Source: a virus. From it: DNA of 64,000 nucleotides. Both the position numbers and the translations under genes were made by a program. Shown one piece after another: positions 26,986 to 36,049 of this stretch. Position 1 is the stretch's first letter. Every line of letters starts with the position of its first letter. A model generated the notes under the pieces. It was given only the letters and a program-made list of their open reading frames with translations. It was not told the origin of the DNA and made no database searches. The stretch lies in the IMG/VR virus record IMGVR_UViG_3300025009_000094, positions 2,527 to 66,526 of that record; one strand, written 5' to 3'.

Positions 26986-28347
26986 ATGAAGAAAGATAAC
27001 AATTTTGCAAAGGAAATAAAGGAAAGCGTTATGCGAGCCATTTATCGTGGTCCATCGGAAGAGATCCCTTCGTTGGTGTGGGATTGTATAGAAATTCTCT
27101 ATCAGAAAGCCCCCATGAAACCCTTCATATTCAAGCGCACCCTACTTTCCCCAAAAGAAAAACAAGGCATGAATCCGAGTCTTCCCAATAAACTCAATCC
27201 TCAAGAAATAGTCCGTTGGGTAATACACAAGCCGAAACTAAAGCAAACATGGTTGTTGGTTGTTTATCTGCCACCAGGATGTAGTTATGAGGAATTTATC
27301 AGCAAGAAACATTACTTTTCTAGTGCCGTAGGAGGTTCTTGTCAGATAGAACGCAATGGCGAAGCGATTTATATGACCATCTCAAATATTCACCTATCCA
27401 GTAAGTACACCTATGAATTTGATCCGCGACCATACTTAAAAAAGATGGCGATCCCCATCTATCTTGGAAAAACGGCCAATGGGATCATCGTTGAAGACTT
27501 TACCAAGATAGTATCCCTGTTCGTTGCAGGATTAAGGGATACGGGCAAAACAGTCACATTCCATCAAGCTATCTATACTTGCCTAAACATCGATCGGATC
27601 ATGAAAGGAAACTACATCCAAGTCGCTATAATTGACCCAAAACTTAAAGAGCTTCAATACTTCGAGGATTATGGAGCGGTATGGACGCATGAACCGGAGG
27701 AGTCCATTCAATTGCTCAAATTAATCCAAGAAGCAAATAAGCAACGAAAGAACATCATCGGAACCAAGGCTAATAATATCATTGAGTACAATTCGGTAGC
27801 CAATGACCCCATACCCTATATTATGCTGTTTGTGGATGAGGTTGACATGGTTGGTTCGGACAATGATTGCGCCAAAATACTCATAGAATCTGTGCAGAAA
27901 TATCGTTCGCAGGGGATATATTTAATCGCATCGACACAAAGGCCGGATGCCACATCTTTTGGTAAAGGAAACTCATTTTCAAAGTTCAAGTCTCAATTTG
28001 AAGCAAGAATGTGTTACCGGATGACCGATGAGCTTAATAGTCGTATGGTTATCGAAACCGGAAGCGCAGCGCATTTGCCAAAGATACCAGGCAGGGCAAT
28101 TTATAAATACGACAGGGAGGTTGAAATCCAAGCACCTTATTTTCCTAGTAGAATCAAGGATGAAGAGCAATTCCACCAACTAATGTCCCAACTCCCACAA
28201 ATACCCCTACCATATCACGACATAGAAGGAGAGGTATATAATCATGAACCAAACTACCCACGTCCAAGGCAGAGTACGCGATCAACGAGTCCTAGCGCAT
28301 CTAAGAGCTTGCAGCGTCTTGTCTCAGGAGCAAATCCATTTGCTTGA
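26986..28347 (+). CDS. FtsK/SpoIIIE-family ATPase
   Basis: GLRDTGKT Walker A, IIDPK, FVDE Walker B, STQRP, PGRAI. Confidence 0.9.
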   Translation: MKKDNNFAKEIKESVMRAIYRGPSEEIPSLVWDCIEILYQKAPMKPFIFKRTLLSPKEKQGMNPSLPNKLNPQEIVRWVIHKPKLKQTWLLVVYLPPGCSYEEFISKKHYFSSAVGGSCQIERNGEAIYMTISNIHLSSKYTYEFDPRPYLKKMAIPIYLGKTANGIIVEDFTKIVSLFVAGLRDTGKTVTFHQAIYTCLNIDRIMKGNYIQVAIIDPKLKELQYFEDYGAVWTHEPEESIQLLKLIQEANKQRKNIIGTKANNIIEYNSVANDPIPYIMLFVDEVDMVGSDNDCAKILIESVQKYRSQGIYLIASTQRPDATSFGKGNSFSKFKSQFEARMCYRMTDELNSRMVIETGSAAHLPKIPGRAIYKYDREVEIQAPYFPSRIKDEEQFHQLMSQLPQIPLPYHDIEGEVYNHEPNYPRPRQSTRSTSPSASKSLQRLVSGANPFA

Positions 28348-28945
28348 ATTTTGGAATGTCAGCCGAGAAATGTCTCATCGCTGTACAAAAAGATTGGAAA
28401 GGGATAAGCTGATCCGCAGAATCAGGATATCGTGGAGCGATATGCCTGACTGGTTCTATCTTTATGACGAGAAAAGGCCGGACCAAATTCAGCACAGACT
28501 AGGAAAGTCTTGGATTTATGTCGCCTGGCACATGAAAGTATTAGACTCTTATGGTATCCAATCTCTCAACTATTTCAAGTCAGAGAATAGGAAGTTTTAT
28601 GAGCAAGACAAATCATTTCCCATCCCGGACTGCTATGGAGTTATTAATCACAAGGTATATGGTGACATCTTTAGTTTTGGGGAGTTCCAGGTAAATGAAT
28701 CTAGTAACTCATGGAATAAGAACTATCGAGCATTATTTGATACTCTCGCGTCAGACCAATACCTCTCCTTAATTGTAGTCACAACCGGATCATATGACGC
28801 GATTAAAGAGCAGGTATACAAGGAATTTTCAGGCACCAAGAATGTCAGGCTAGAATTTTACACCATCGATAAATTAAGGGATTTATGTTGGAGAATCGTA
28901 CTCATCAAAAGGGAGGAAGTAAGAAGAAAGGAGTTGACGGAATGA
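28244..28945 (+). CDS. replication-relaxation (Replic_Relax-like) protein
   Basis: RDQRVL...LSQEQI wHTH, QHRL, IPD...GEFQ PD-(D/E)xK-like; typical position after FtsK. Confidence 0.7.
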   Translation: MNQTTHVQGRVRDQRVLAHLRACSVLSQEQIHLLEFWNVSREMSHRCTKRLERDKLIRRIRISWSDMPDWFYLYDEKRPDQIQHRLGKSWIYVAWHMKVLDSYGIQSLNYFKSENRKFYEQDKSFPIPDCYGVINHKVYGDIFSFGEFQVNESSNSWNKNYRALFDTLASDQYLSLIVVTTGSYDAIKEQVYKEFSGTKNVRLEFYTIDKLRDLCWRIVLIKREEVRRKELTE

Positions 28946-29163
28946 ATCCTGCTGAAATAGCCCTCAAAAACATGCACCTAGTTTTGAAGATCGCAGCCGC
29001 ATTATTTGTGTTCGGAATCGGGCTGGATATCTTTGGCTATAGTCGCTTTAAAATATACGTCAACATATTTGCTATAGCAGCACTCGCAGTAATGGTTATA
29101 AGTGCTTTGTCTGGATTCATGGGAGCCGCCGAATCGGTAAGCAATGGAACATGGCCCAAATGA
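28942..29163 (+). CDS. two-TM small membrane protein, SpoIIIAC/AD-like
   Basis: ATGA-coupled; LKIAAALFVFGIGLDIFGYSRFKIYVNIFAIAALAVMVI resembles SpoIIIAC pattern by eye. Confidence 0.5.
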   Translation: MNPAEIALKNMHLVLKIAAALFVFGIGLDIFGYSRFKIYVNIFAIAALAVMVISALSGFMGAAESVSNGTWPK

Positions 29164-29813
29164 TTGCCGACTTAATTAGACTATCAGCCCTTTACGTTTT
29201 AGTCAGAGTATTTGTTGAAATAGCTATGCCAAACTCAAGGCTAATTGTTAAGTATCTTTTCTGGTCAGGTGTAGCACTTACAATAGTTACCGCCATAGGC
29301 CCACAAATTAAACAAGTGACCACAGACTTGCATGAGGTAGCGATTACCTACACTAGAGGAAGGGAGTCCTTAGATGGTGTACTAGGAGTTGATCAAGGGC
29401 AGAAGATGGGAGTCGGATACCAAGGACCATGGGAAAGAATGACAGGCAGCGCAAAGTTTGATTGGCCCCTAAAAGGTAAGGTTACACAGGAATTCAAAGG
29501 CGAGGATCACCACGGTATAGACATTGCCGGAAGAGTTGGGGATAAAATCAAAACTAGTAGACCAGGCAAGGTTAAAAAGATTATTCAAGATGATCCCATT
29601 TACGGCCTATATGTTATCGTTGACCACGGCAACGGATACGAAACGATTTATGCTCATTGCTCAAAGATTGTGGTTACGGAGGGGGAAACGGTGTTTAGTA
29701 GTGATAAGATTGCAGAAGTAGGCAACACGGGAACTAATTCCACAGGACCACATTTACACTTAGAGCTTAGAGTTAATGGGAAAGCAATTAATCCTGCTGA
29801 ATATTTTAAATAG
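29151..29813 (+). CDS. membrane-anchored M23/LytM peptidase with SpoIIIAF-like two-TM N-terminus
   Basis: HHGID and GPHLH zinc motifs, YAH, INP; N-term VFVEIAMPNS..KYL. Confidence 0.85.
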   Translation: MAQMIADLIRLSALYVLVRVFVEIAMPNSRLIVKYLFWSGVALTIVTAIGPQIKQVTTDLHEVAITYTRGRESLDGVLGVDQGQKMGVGYQGPWERMTGSAKFDWPLKGKVTQEFKGEDHHGIDIAGRVGDKIKTSRPGKVKKIIQDDPIYGLYVIVDHGNGYETIYAHCSKIVVTEGETVFSSDKIAEVGNTGTNSTGPHLHLELRVNGKAINPAEYFK

Positions 29814-29829
29814 GGAGGGATGTTATGCT

Positions 29830-30000
29830 ATGAAATACATGACATTATTTAAGCCAAAAGAGTATTTACCTATTGATATAAGCATGTCTGAATTAATTTA
29901 TTTCATCGAAAAGCAAACTGGAATAAGCCCCATTATTATAGCTACTGTTCTGGATGCAGAGGATATTTACTTAAGAGAGAAGGGTGTGATTATAGATTGA
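29830..30000 (+). CDS. small conserved phage protein
   Basis: GGGAGGG RBS; ELIYFIEKQTGIS..IIATVLDAE..YL. Confidence 0.55.
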   Translation: MKYMTLFKPKEYLPIDISMSELIYFIEKQTGISPIIIATVLDAEDIYLREKGVIID

Positions 30001-30227
30001 ATAAGCCAACTGCTGTTTCGATTAATTATTCTAAATTCACTAGCATTATCAGCGATGCTGTACCGGGACGCGAAGTTGACTATCTGCTATATGAAATTAA
30101 TAATAGAATTGGATTCATTAGGCTCAATCAAATTGATAACCGGTATGTTCAGCGAATGATTAACGACATTGAGGCCATCATTGAGACTCTTGAGTTTTTT
30201 CTAAAAAGGAGTGAATTGGATGACTAA
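29997..30227 (+). CDS. hypothetical protein
   Basis: TTGA-coupled 76-aa ORF. Confidence 0.45.
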   Translation: MNKPTAVSINYSKFTSIISDAVPGREVDYLLYEINNRIGFIRLNQIDNRYVQRMINDIEAIIETLEFFLKRSELDD

Positions 30228-30888
30228 AAGCATTATCATCCTCTGTAAATCCTCAATCCGCAGAACTCTCGTCTTATCCCTTATAATGATCTTGGTCGGC
30301 TTATCCCTTATAAACCCCTTCAAAGCTCAAGCAACAACCCCACAGGCCTACCTCAAGCCATCTGCGTTCATCTTCTACCTGTATCCACACATCAACGGAA
30401 TGTTTTGGCTAGAATCAAGTCCAAAGTCGGGCTATGCGACATTAGAAGAATGGAGTAGTGTGCTACCGGATGGCGAAATGATCGTTGCGGCTAAACCGGA
30501 TATACAATTGGCAAGCCTTGGAGGACTGGACAGGATTGGTAAGTATGTTCAAGGAAAACTAATGGGAAGGTCATACAACGGAAGATACGATAAGGATATT
30601 TTCAAGTATCGTCGGACGGTAACGGCAGAAGGGGTTACAGATGAGGTTGAGGTTGAAATTGGAAAGCATTTTAAGGATAATGATAATCTTGAGAAGTTGA
30701 TTGGCAATGTCAGGAAGCATCTAACGACTGACGCAGGGGAGACTAAGGACATAAAGGATATTGTGGTTGCGCCTGAACCGACTAAGGATACAAAGGAAAG
30801 CCAGGCTGCCAAAATACAAATACTTGGAGGAGCTTCGTTATTAACAGGTCTATATATGTTCGGGAAGATCCTGATCCTCTGTCTTTAA
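30211..30888 (+). CDS. exported/membrane protein (signal peptide and C-terminal TM)
   Basis: hydrophobic N-terminus ending AQA; C-terminal hydrophobic helix. Confidence 0.6.
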   Translation: MNWMTKSIIILCKSSIRRTLVLSLIMILVGLSLINPFKAQATTPQAYLKPSAFIFYLYPHINGMFWLESSPKSGYATLEEWSSVLPDGEMIVAAKPDIQLASLGGLDRIGKYVQGKLMGRSYNGRYDKDIFKYRRTVTAEGVTDEVEVEIGKHFKDNDNLEKLIGNVRKHLTTDAGETKDIKDIVVAPEPTKDTKESQAAKIQILGGASLLTGLYMFGKILILCL

Positions 30889-30891
30889 AAT

Positions 30892-30924
30892 AAAACCTCC
30901 GTCATTAATTTGATGGAGGTTTTT
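30892..30924. terminator. intrinsic terminator
   Basis: AAAACCTCCGTCA-TTAATT-TGATGGAGGTTTTT. Confidence 0.8.
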
Positions 30925-30982
30925 GTATATTCTCAATAAATCAGGGTAATATAACTTCAGGCAAACAAGAAGGAGTAAAAGA

Positions 30983-31240
30983 ATGAGGAAATTAATCTTA
31001 GTTTTAGTTCTCGTAGCGTTGGCATATACAAACCCACCTAAGGGTAACTATATCGAATATACAAAGCATAGGATAACCGGGCACACTACGTCCGGCCTGG
31101 TTTCATTCTTTGCCGATCCGCTAATTGATAGGACAACGACTGAGCATAATTTATTGTTCGCTACTATTTATCGGACTAAGTTTGGGGATGGCGAAGTTAC
31201 TACGTTAGGCATAATGAATCAGTTTATTCCCCTAAAATAG
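30983..31240 (+). CDS. DUF4359-like small exported protein
   Basis: signal peptide then TNP...Y...NLLFATIY...TLGIMNQF. Confidence 0.6.
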   Translation: MRKLILVLVLVALAYTNPPKGNYIEYTKHRITGHTTSGLVSFFADPLIDRTTTEHNLLFATIYRTKFGDGEVTTLGIMNQFIPLK

Positions 31241-31242
31241 AG

Positions 31243-31272
31243 AATACCATCCGAATTGGATGGTATTTGTTT
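31243..31272. terminator. bidirectional terminator
   Basis: AATACCATCC-GAATT-GGATGGTATT. Confidence 0.75.
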
Positions 31273-31279
31273 GTGCTAT

Positions 31280-31615
31280 TTATTCAGTGGATGTGTTTCC
31301 AGTTTGGGATTCACTCATAAACCTCAACGAGCTTGTAACTAGTTTTCGCAAATATGGTATATCCTCTAGTGTAATATCTATATGACCCCAAAGCATAGAA
31401 ACAACTCTTGGCATAATAACCAATGCTGTTATGCTTAGGTATTTTAGTTCGCCACTAGAAAAATATTTCTCAAGATCATCCAGTGTTCCATAAGTGCCAT
31501 GAACTCCGCTTGTTGATAGCACGCACCAATTTAAATCGTTAGCATCCCCATCAGGGAATATTTTCTTCAAATGATTAATTCCTTCGAGACAATGGTTTTT
31601 ATAGTAATTACTCAT
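31280..31615 (-). CDS. hypothetical phage protein
   Basis: 111-aa ORF with RBS; LSTSGVHG. Confidence 0.6.
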   Translation of the reverse strand: MSNYYKNHCLEGINHLKKIFPDGDANDLNWCVLSTSGVHGTYGTLDDLEKYFSSGELKYLSITALVIMPRVVSMLWGHIDITLEDIPYLRKLVTSSLRFMSESQTGNTSTE

Positions 31616-31801
31616 CTTTATTCACATCCTACAATATTACTTAACCCTAAAATGGCAACTTCACGAACCACCAATCATCCATATACCATTCCCTATCTCC
31701 CCTAAACGGAAATGCTATCACTATGTTTATTTTCACTTTTCTCTTACCGCACATTTGCCTGCCTATGCCGATGGATATTTTGCGAAGTCTCATTCTTTCA
31801 C

Positions 31802-31999
31802 CTACAGTATTGATCTCAATAAATTATTCAACCTAGCCCTATACTCATGGAGATGCTCTTTTTCTTTTACCGTAATACCTCTCCCTTTGACTAGATTACG
31901 AGTTCCGTACTCGAAGTTTCCACCTCTGTATTCTCCCTCTAGGTCATTAAGGACCTCGTTGAATATCTTGCATATTTCCATGTGATTTTCTTTATCCAT
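31802..31999 (-). CDS. hypothetical protein
   Basis: RBS present, 65 aa. Confidence 0.5.
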   Translation of the reverse strand: MDKENHMEICKIFNEVLNDLEGEYRGGNFEYGTRNLVKGRGITVKEKEHLHEYRARLNNLLRSIL

Positions 32000-32035
32000 C
32001 CCTACTTCTTCCTCCTTCGCTTAGTTCCTTAATAA

Positions 32036-32326
32036 TCAATACCCATCAAATTCAGGCAAACTATCATATTCCTCTTGTGTCATTTCTTCAGCCTGTATCA
32101 TATATGGGCCAAAAGAAACAATTGCGGTAGCATCGTTAATATCTCCTACTATGGGCAATGATTCTAGGGATTTCTTCAACTTGGATAGATTATCCTTAGT
32201 GAATCCTCGCCCTTGGTCTTCGCCGGATTCATCTAATTCGGTTTCTAGTTCTATAATAACATCGCCCTCATTTGTTGTTATTGGACCGTAACCGTGGTTC
32301 ATATTACACATTCTGTAGACTCTCAT
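32036..32326 (-). CDS. hypothetical protein (ends EMTQEEYDSLPEFDGY)
   Basis: common phage C-terminal motif. Confidence 0.6.
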   Translation of the reverse strand: MRVYRMCNMNHGYGPITTNEGDVIIELETELDESGEDQGRGFTKDNLSKLKKSLESLPIVGDINDATAIVSFGPYMIQAEEMTQEEYDSLPEFDGY

Positions 32327-32581
32327 TTATTTTCCATCCTTCTTATTTATCATTCCTTTATCAATAATAGTATGTGTCGGACAAAAATGAATATCTTGCC
32401 ACTCTGCACCCTGCTTAATGGAGTGCTTTTCACAAAGTGGTTGATCGCATGTTTTGCGTGGTCCTACTGGATAATCGCACAAGGATATTGAAACATCACC
32501 GCATACTGAGCAAGGTTCTATGCCACTACCACACCAAAATATTGTTGATCCGTCTGAACATTTTTCCATTGCACATCCCAA
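32327..32581 (-). CDS. small Cys/His-rich protein
   Basis: CSVC, LCDYP, TCDQPLCEKH, FCPTH. Confidence 0.6.
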   Translation of the reverse strand: MGCAMEKCSDGSTIFWCGSGIEPCSVCGDVSISLCDYPVGPRKTCDQPLCEKHSIKQGAEWQDIHFCPTHTIIDKGMINKKDGK

Positions 32582-32663
32582 GGTTTATTCTCCCTTCTCA
32601 ATCTTAGTGTACTGATTCAAGTATCAAGTTAGTCATTATCCCTCGGTTGTGGAGTGGTTGGGG

Positions 32664-33083
32664 TTAACGCCATTCAATCTTTGTACCATCAGAAAAAATA
32701 TCCTTCAAATCTGACATTCCGGCACAATAACTTCTGCCACTATAGCCAAACGAGGTATTATCGTCACAATCTTTTATTAACATATATATCCGTTTAGCTT
32801 GCATTCTGTCTATCTTTCCATTGCAATCACTTTGATATAGGAAATTTGCAACATCTATAGTTACTTCACCTTGTTCAATAAGTTCCTCGGTAGCAGCGTT
32901 GTACTTTCTAAAAAACTCTGTCCTTTTATCTCCACTTGAAAACATAACTTCTGGAACATCCATGCTCGTGTAATGCTCATGAAATTTAACACTAATTTTT
33001 TCAGCTACCATATTTCTAAATCTACCAAAACCACCATATCCCATATCGCAACTATGTCTTTTTGAGCTTATTGTTATTCCCAT
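32664..33083 (-). CDS. hypothetical phage protein
   Basis: MGYGGFGRFR...FLYQSDCNG. Confidence 0.6.
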   Translation of the reverse strand: MGITISSKRHSCDMGYGGFGRFRNMVAEKISVKFHEHYTSMDVPEVMFSSGDKRTEFFRKYNAATEELIEQGEVTIDVANFLYQSDCNGKIDRMQAKRIYMLIKDCDDNTSFGYSGRSYCAGMSDLKDIFSDGTKIEWR

Positions 33084-33089
33084 GCTTAT

Positions 33090-33275
33090 TTATTTTCCCT
33101 TCTTCCCAATAATCCTTCTGTACTCCTTTAGGCTAAGTAGCACCCATTGAACTTCTTGACCCCTTTGGATAAACAACGGATACCTAGATGCCGTTTCAAG
33201 ATAGTGAGACAGTTTCTTAACAAGTTGGGTGCTGGATACTAATTGTTCGGGAGAAAACTTGTCTTTATCACTCAA
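33090..33275 (-). CDS. Phd/YefM antitoxin-like protein
   Basis: VSSTQLVKKLSHYL...PLFIQR...VLLSLKEY; own TTGCTA-17-TATAAT promoter. Confidence 0.7.
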   Translation of the reverse strand: MSDKDKFSPEQLVSSTQLVKKLSHYLETASRYPLFIQRGQEVQWVLLSLKEYRRIIGKKGK

Positions 33276-33348
33276 TTTGATACCTCCTTTATATATACAA
33301 TTATATACGTTATCGTGTGTACTAGCAAGGTAAAAAAGAGAAGTGTTA

Positions 33349-33702
33349 CTAAACTAAAATAACCCTGACAAGTAAACCCCTCTTCTTGGCGTTCTCGATC
33401 ATGTCATTCGTGCCACGACTTTTACCGTCCCAAAACGCAACCAAAGCATCTGTATTATCAGCCATTTGTTCATTTCTCAACGGTCCTGCGCGTTTACCAA
33501 ACTTATCCCAGTCGGCAGGAAATCTATTAATAGGGTAGTTATTTTCGAGTCCATACCTTTCGCCTAATAAATCCGCACCATTACAAGTTCCGGAAACAAT
33601 TTCGATGTCGTTTTTATTGGCTAGTAGGGAGTCGAGTTTATTTTTAAGCAATTCGTAGTTATTGAAGTCTCTTGAACCTGCGATTATGATTCGGAATGGC
33701 AT
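33349..33702 (-). CDS. DUF2493/YspA-like SLOG protein (start likely 33702)
   Basis: IIIAGSRDF, VSGTCNGAD, AGPLRNEQM, AFWDGKSRGT. Confidence 0.85.
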   Translation of the reverse strand: MPFRIIIAGSRDFNNYELLKNKLDSLLANKNDIEIVSGTCNGADLLGERYGLENNYPINRFPADWDKFGKRAGPLRNEQMADNTDALVAFWDGKSRGTNDMIENAKKRGLLVRVILV

Positions 33703-34085
33703 TTTTTGTATCCTTCTTTCACAAACATAGTTCAATGGTGGATTTGGAAACGGCTTTACTCCCCCCTGAAAATCGATAGCTCGACTTTCAAGAGAGAAAA
33801 ATACAGTTCGACGGAGCCATTTGGTATCCGTATTTATCTCAAGCTTATTCAATATATTCACTTGCATCCTATTCAGCGCTTGCAATTCCGATAACAGCGC
33901 GCGATAATCAATCGACTCTAGGAACCCCCCATGACGGTAAATGCAAAAAATACAATGTGCCTCTAACGCGTGTCCCCCCATGATTAGTGGTGGCAGTTTT
34001 TTAACGTGTGTTACTTTAACCACGGGACAAAACACAAAGCGACAAACCTTTTGACGGCCTGTCGCTGAAATTCCTTAAATTACCC

Positions 34086-34192
34086 TTGTCCTAAGTTTCC
34101 CTAGAAGGTATAATAAGTTAAGTTGTTTTCCTGTTGCGATCAGGTTAACGCCAGAAGTCACTTGAGGGTCCAATCTCAGGTGGCTTTGTTTA
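34086..34192 (+). ncRNA. candidate small RNA (promoter, ~70 nt, terminator)
   Basis: TTGTCC-17-TATAAT then hairpins CCTG..CAGG and AAGTCACTTGAG...CTCAGGTGGCTTT. Confidence 0.4.
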
Positions 34193-34271
34193 TGTAATTA
34201 AGAATAGTATATCAAATTTATGACAACATGTCCATAATAAAATTTAATATATGAGCCTATATTTGAACATA

Positions 34272-34310
34272 AAAATAGCCCTCCATCCAATTAAGGACAG
34301 AGGGTTATTT
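34272..34310 (-). terminator. terminator of lysis cassette
   Basis: AAAATAGCCCTC...GAGGGTTATTT. Confidence 0.65.
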
Positions 34311-34337
34311 CATATCGTTAACTTCAACGGAATGATA

Positions 34338-34535
34338 CTATTCTGCTTTATTGGACTTCAGTGCAGAAGCCACCATGTTAGCACCTATTCCACCGGAAAA
34401 AGCTAACAGGCCCGTTACTACCTGCTGAACAAACTGACTGTCTACAGCCTGTTTATTGAGTGCTGAAGAGATAATGACAGTTAAGGCAATTGAAATAACT
34501 CCCCCTATCGCAAGGAGTGTTGACTTGTTCTCCAT
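34338..34535 (-). CDS. small two-TM membrane protein (holin-like)
   Basis: AAAGGA RBS before MENKSTLL; downstream of amidase. Confidence 0.55.
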   Translation of the reverse strand: MENKSTLLAIGGVISIALTVIISSALNKQAVDSQFVQQVVTGLLAFSGGIGANMVASALKSNKAE

Positions 34536-34599
34536 GGAGATCAATTCCTTTCTTAGTTGGTATACTATTTGTTTACAGGTATACCAAAGTATACTTTTT

Positions 34600-35301
34600 C
34601 TACGGAAGCATAAGTTTGGAACACGCATACCCCATTTTGATAATCTGTGCTTGCACTTCAGCCGATTTTGAGTCTAAAACTCTCACCAAGAGATAACCGT
34701 CTTTGTCTGGCTTAACTTCTGCCACCGTAACCCCTCCATCCCTATACTGCATACCAAAATAATCACAAATTCCCTTCGCATGAGCAACCGCTATTCCTTG
34801 TCTAAACCCTGGGCTACTCAACTTCACCGCATCGCTAACGGTATCAATGAATCCATTCTCTGTCAAAATAGCCGGGGCGATAGTATTCTTCAATACATAA
34901 TCATTGGCTGTCTTAACGCCACGGTTCGTCCAACCACAAGATGCAATCAGACGAGCCAGAACAGCCTTTGCAGCCTTCTCAGCCCTTCCACCTTCCGATA
35001 CTATCCAAACCTCTGAACCTGTTCCATGACCAGCGTTGCAATGGATACTGACGAATAAATAAGCCTTGGCATCATTGGATATATCACAACGAGCTTGGAG
35101 GGAACCTGCTACATCAGGGTAATCACCGGGAACCCTATCGCCTGTTCGTGTCATGACTACTTGGATGCCGTTTGATTCTAGGAGGGGTTTTAGGCGTATG
35201 GCAATATCGAGGGTTATGTCTTGCTCGAAAAGACCACATCCTAGGGCACCGGAGTCAATTGTGTTTTTATTATGACCTGCGTCAACGCAGCATATTGGCA
35301 T
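34600..35301 (-). CDS. N-acetylmuramoyl-L-alanine amidase endolysin (Amidase_3)
   Basis: VDAGH, E, FVSIHCNA, PAILTENGFID. Confidence 0.92.
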   Translation of the reverse strand: MPICCVDAGHNKNTIDSGALGCGLFEQDITLDIAIRLKPLLESNGIQVVMTRTGDRVPGDYPDVAGSLQARCDISNDAKAYLFVSIHCNAGHGTGSEVWIVSEGGRAEKAAKAVLARLIASCGWTNRGVKTANDYVLKNTIAPAILTENGFIDTVSDAVKLSSPGFRQGIAVAHAKGICDYFGMQYRDGGVTVAEVKPDKDGYLLVRVLDSKSAEVQAQIIKMGYACSKLMLP

Positions 35302-35303
35302 GT

Positions 35304-35579
35304 TTAACCCTTCCCCTTCAACTCTTCTACATCCCTTTGGAGATAACCCATGGACTTATCGAGTGAATTCATAGTGTCCCCTATCTTCTCTAAGCTTGAC
35401 GCGAACTTGTTCATATTTTCATCAGATTTTCCGATATGTTCCATGAGTTTAACTTCTCTGCACTGAGATTTTTCTCGTTCATCTTTGCGTTCCTTGCGAT
35501 CACTGTAAACTAAGAAAACTAGCAGAGTAGGCACAACCCCAATGCTAAGTATCATTTGAGCTATCACTTCAGGAGTCAA
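35304..35579 (-). CDS. BhlA/UviB-like holin
   Basis: one N-terminal TM, RE..LM, coiled coil; precedes amidase. Confidence 0.75.
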   Translation of the reverse strand: MTPEVIAQMILSIGVVPTLLVFLVYSDRKERKDEREKSQCREVKLMEHIGKSDENMNKFASSLEKIGDTMNSLDKSMGYLQRDVEELKGKG

Positions 35580-35842
35580 TCTACATCAACCTTCCCCTCT
35601 AGTCCTTCTATTGTTTTTGGGCCAATTCCCTTTACCCTATCCAACTCCCAAATGTCATGGAATGGACGTTCTTGTACGATTCTATTAGCAAGCACATTTC
35701 CGATGCCTGGAAGGGATTCTAGGGCCTGTATGGACGAGGTATTGATATTAATCTTGGGGGAATCCCTGCTATGGATAAATAGAAAGAGGGAAACGAATAA
35801 AGATATTATCAGTGCGATAATAATTAGAGATTTTTTCAACCT
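35576..35842 (-). CDS. ComEA-like helix-hairpin-helix protein with N-terminal membrane anchor
   Basis: ININTSS...LPGIG..LA.RIV..RPF..IWELDRVKGIGPKT. Confidence 0.85.
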   Translation of the reverse strand, partial: RLKKSLIIIALIISLFVSLFLFIHSRDSPKININTSSIQALESLPGIGNVLANRIVQERPFHDIWELDRVKGIGPKTIEGLEGKVDVD

Positions 35843-36049
35843 GCACCCTCCTTTTGGGTATAGGAAAGAGGACACTCGATCTCTCGAATGTCCTCTTAGG
35901 TGCTGATATCTTGCACCATCGCCCTAATGGTAGCCCGAATTACGACTAGGAGAAGCCTTGGGCTAAAGCTTTGTCGCAGAGGTTGTCAGGCCCGACTTGC
36001 TCTGTCTATTCTGCTAGTTTGATACGCATTAGCAGTCTTTAGCGAAGGC

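Noticed and set aside
33703-34035. 228-aa fused SLOG protein as given in the ORF track
   Set aside because: The domain begins at MPFRIIIAGSR with an AAAGGAG-like RBS upstream; the extension has no recognisable features, though a fusion is not excluded.
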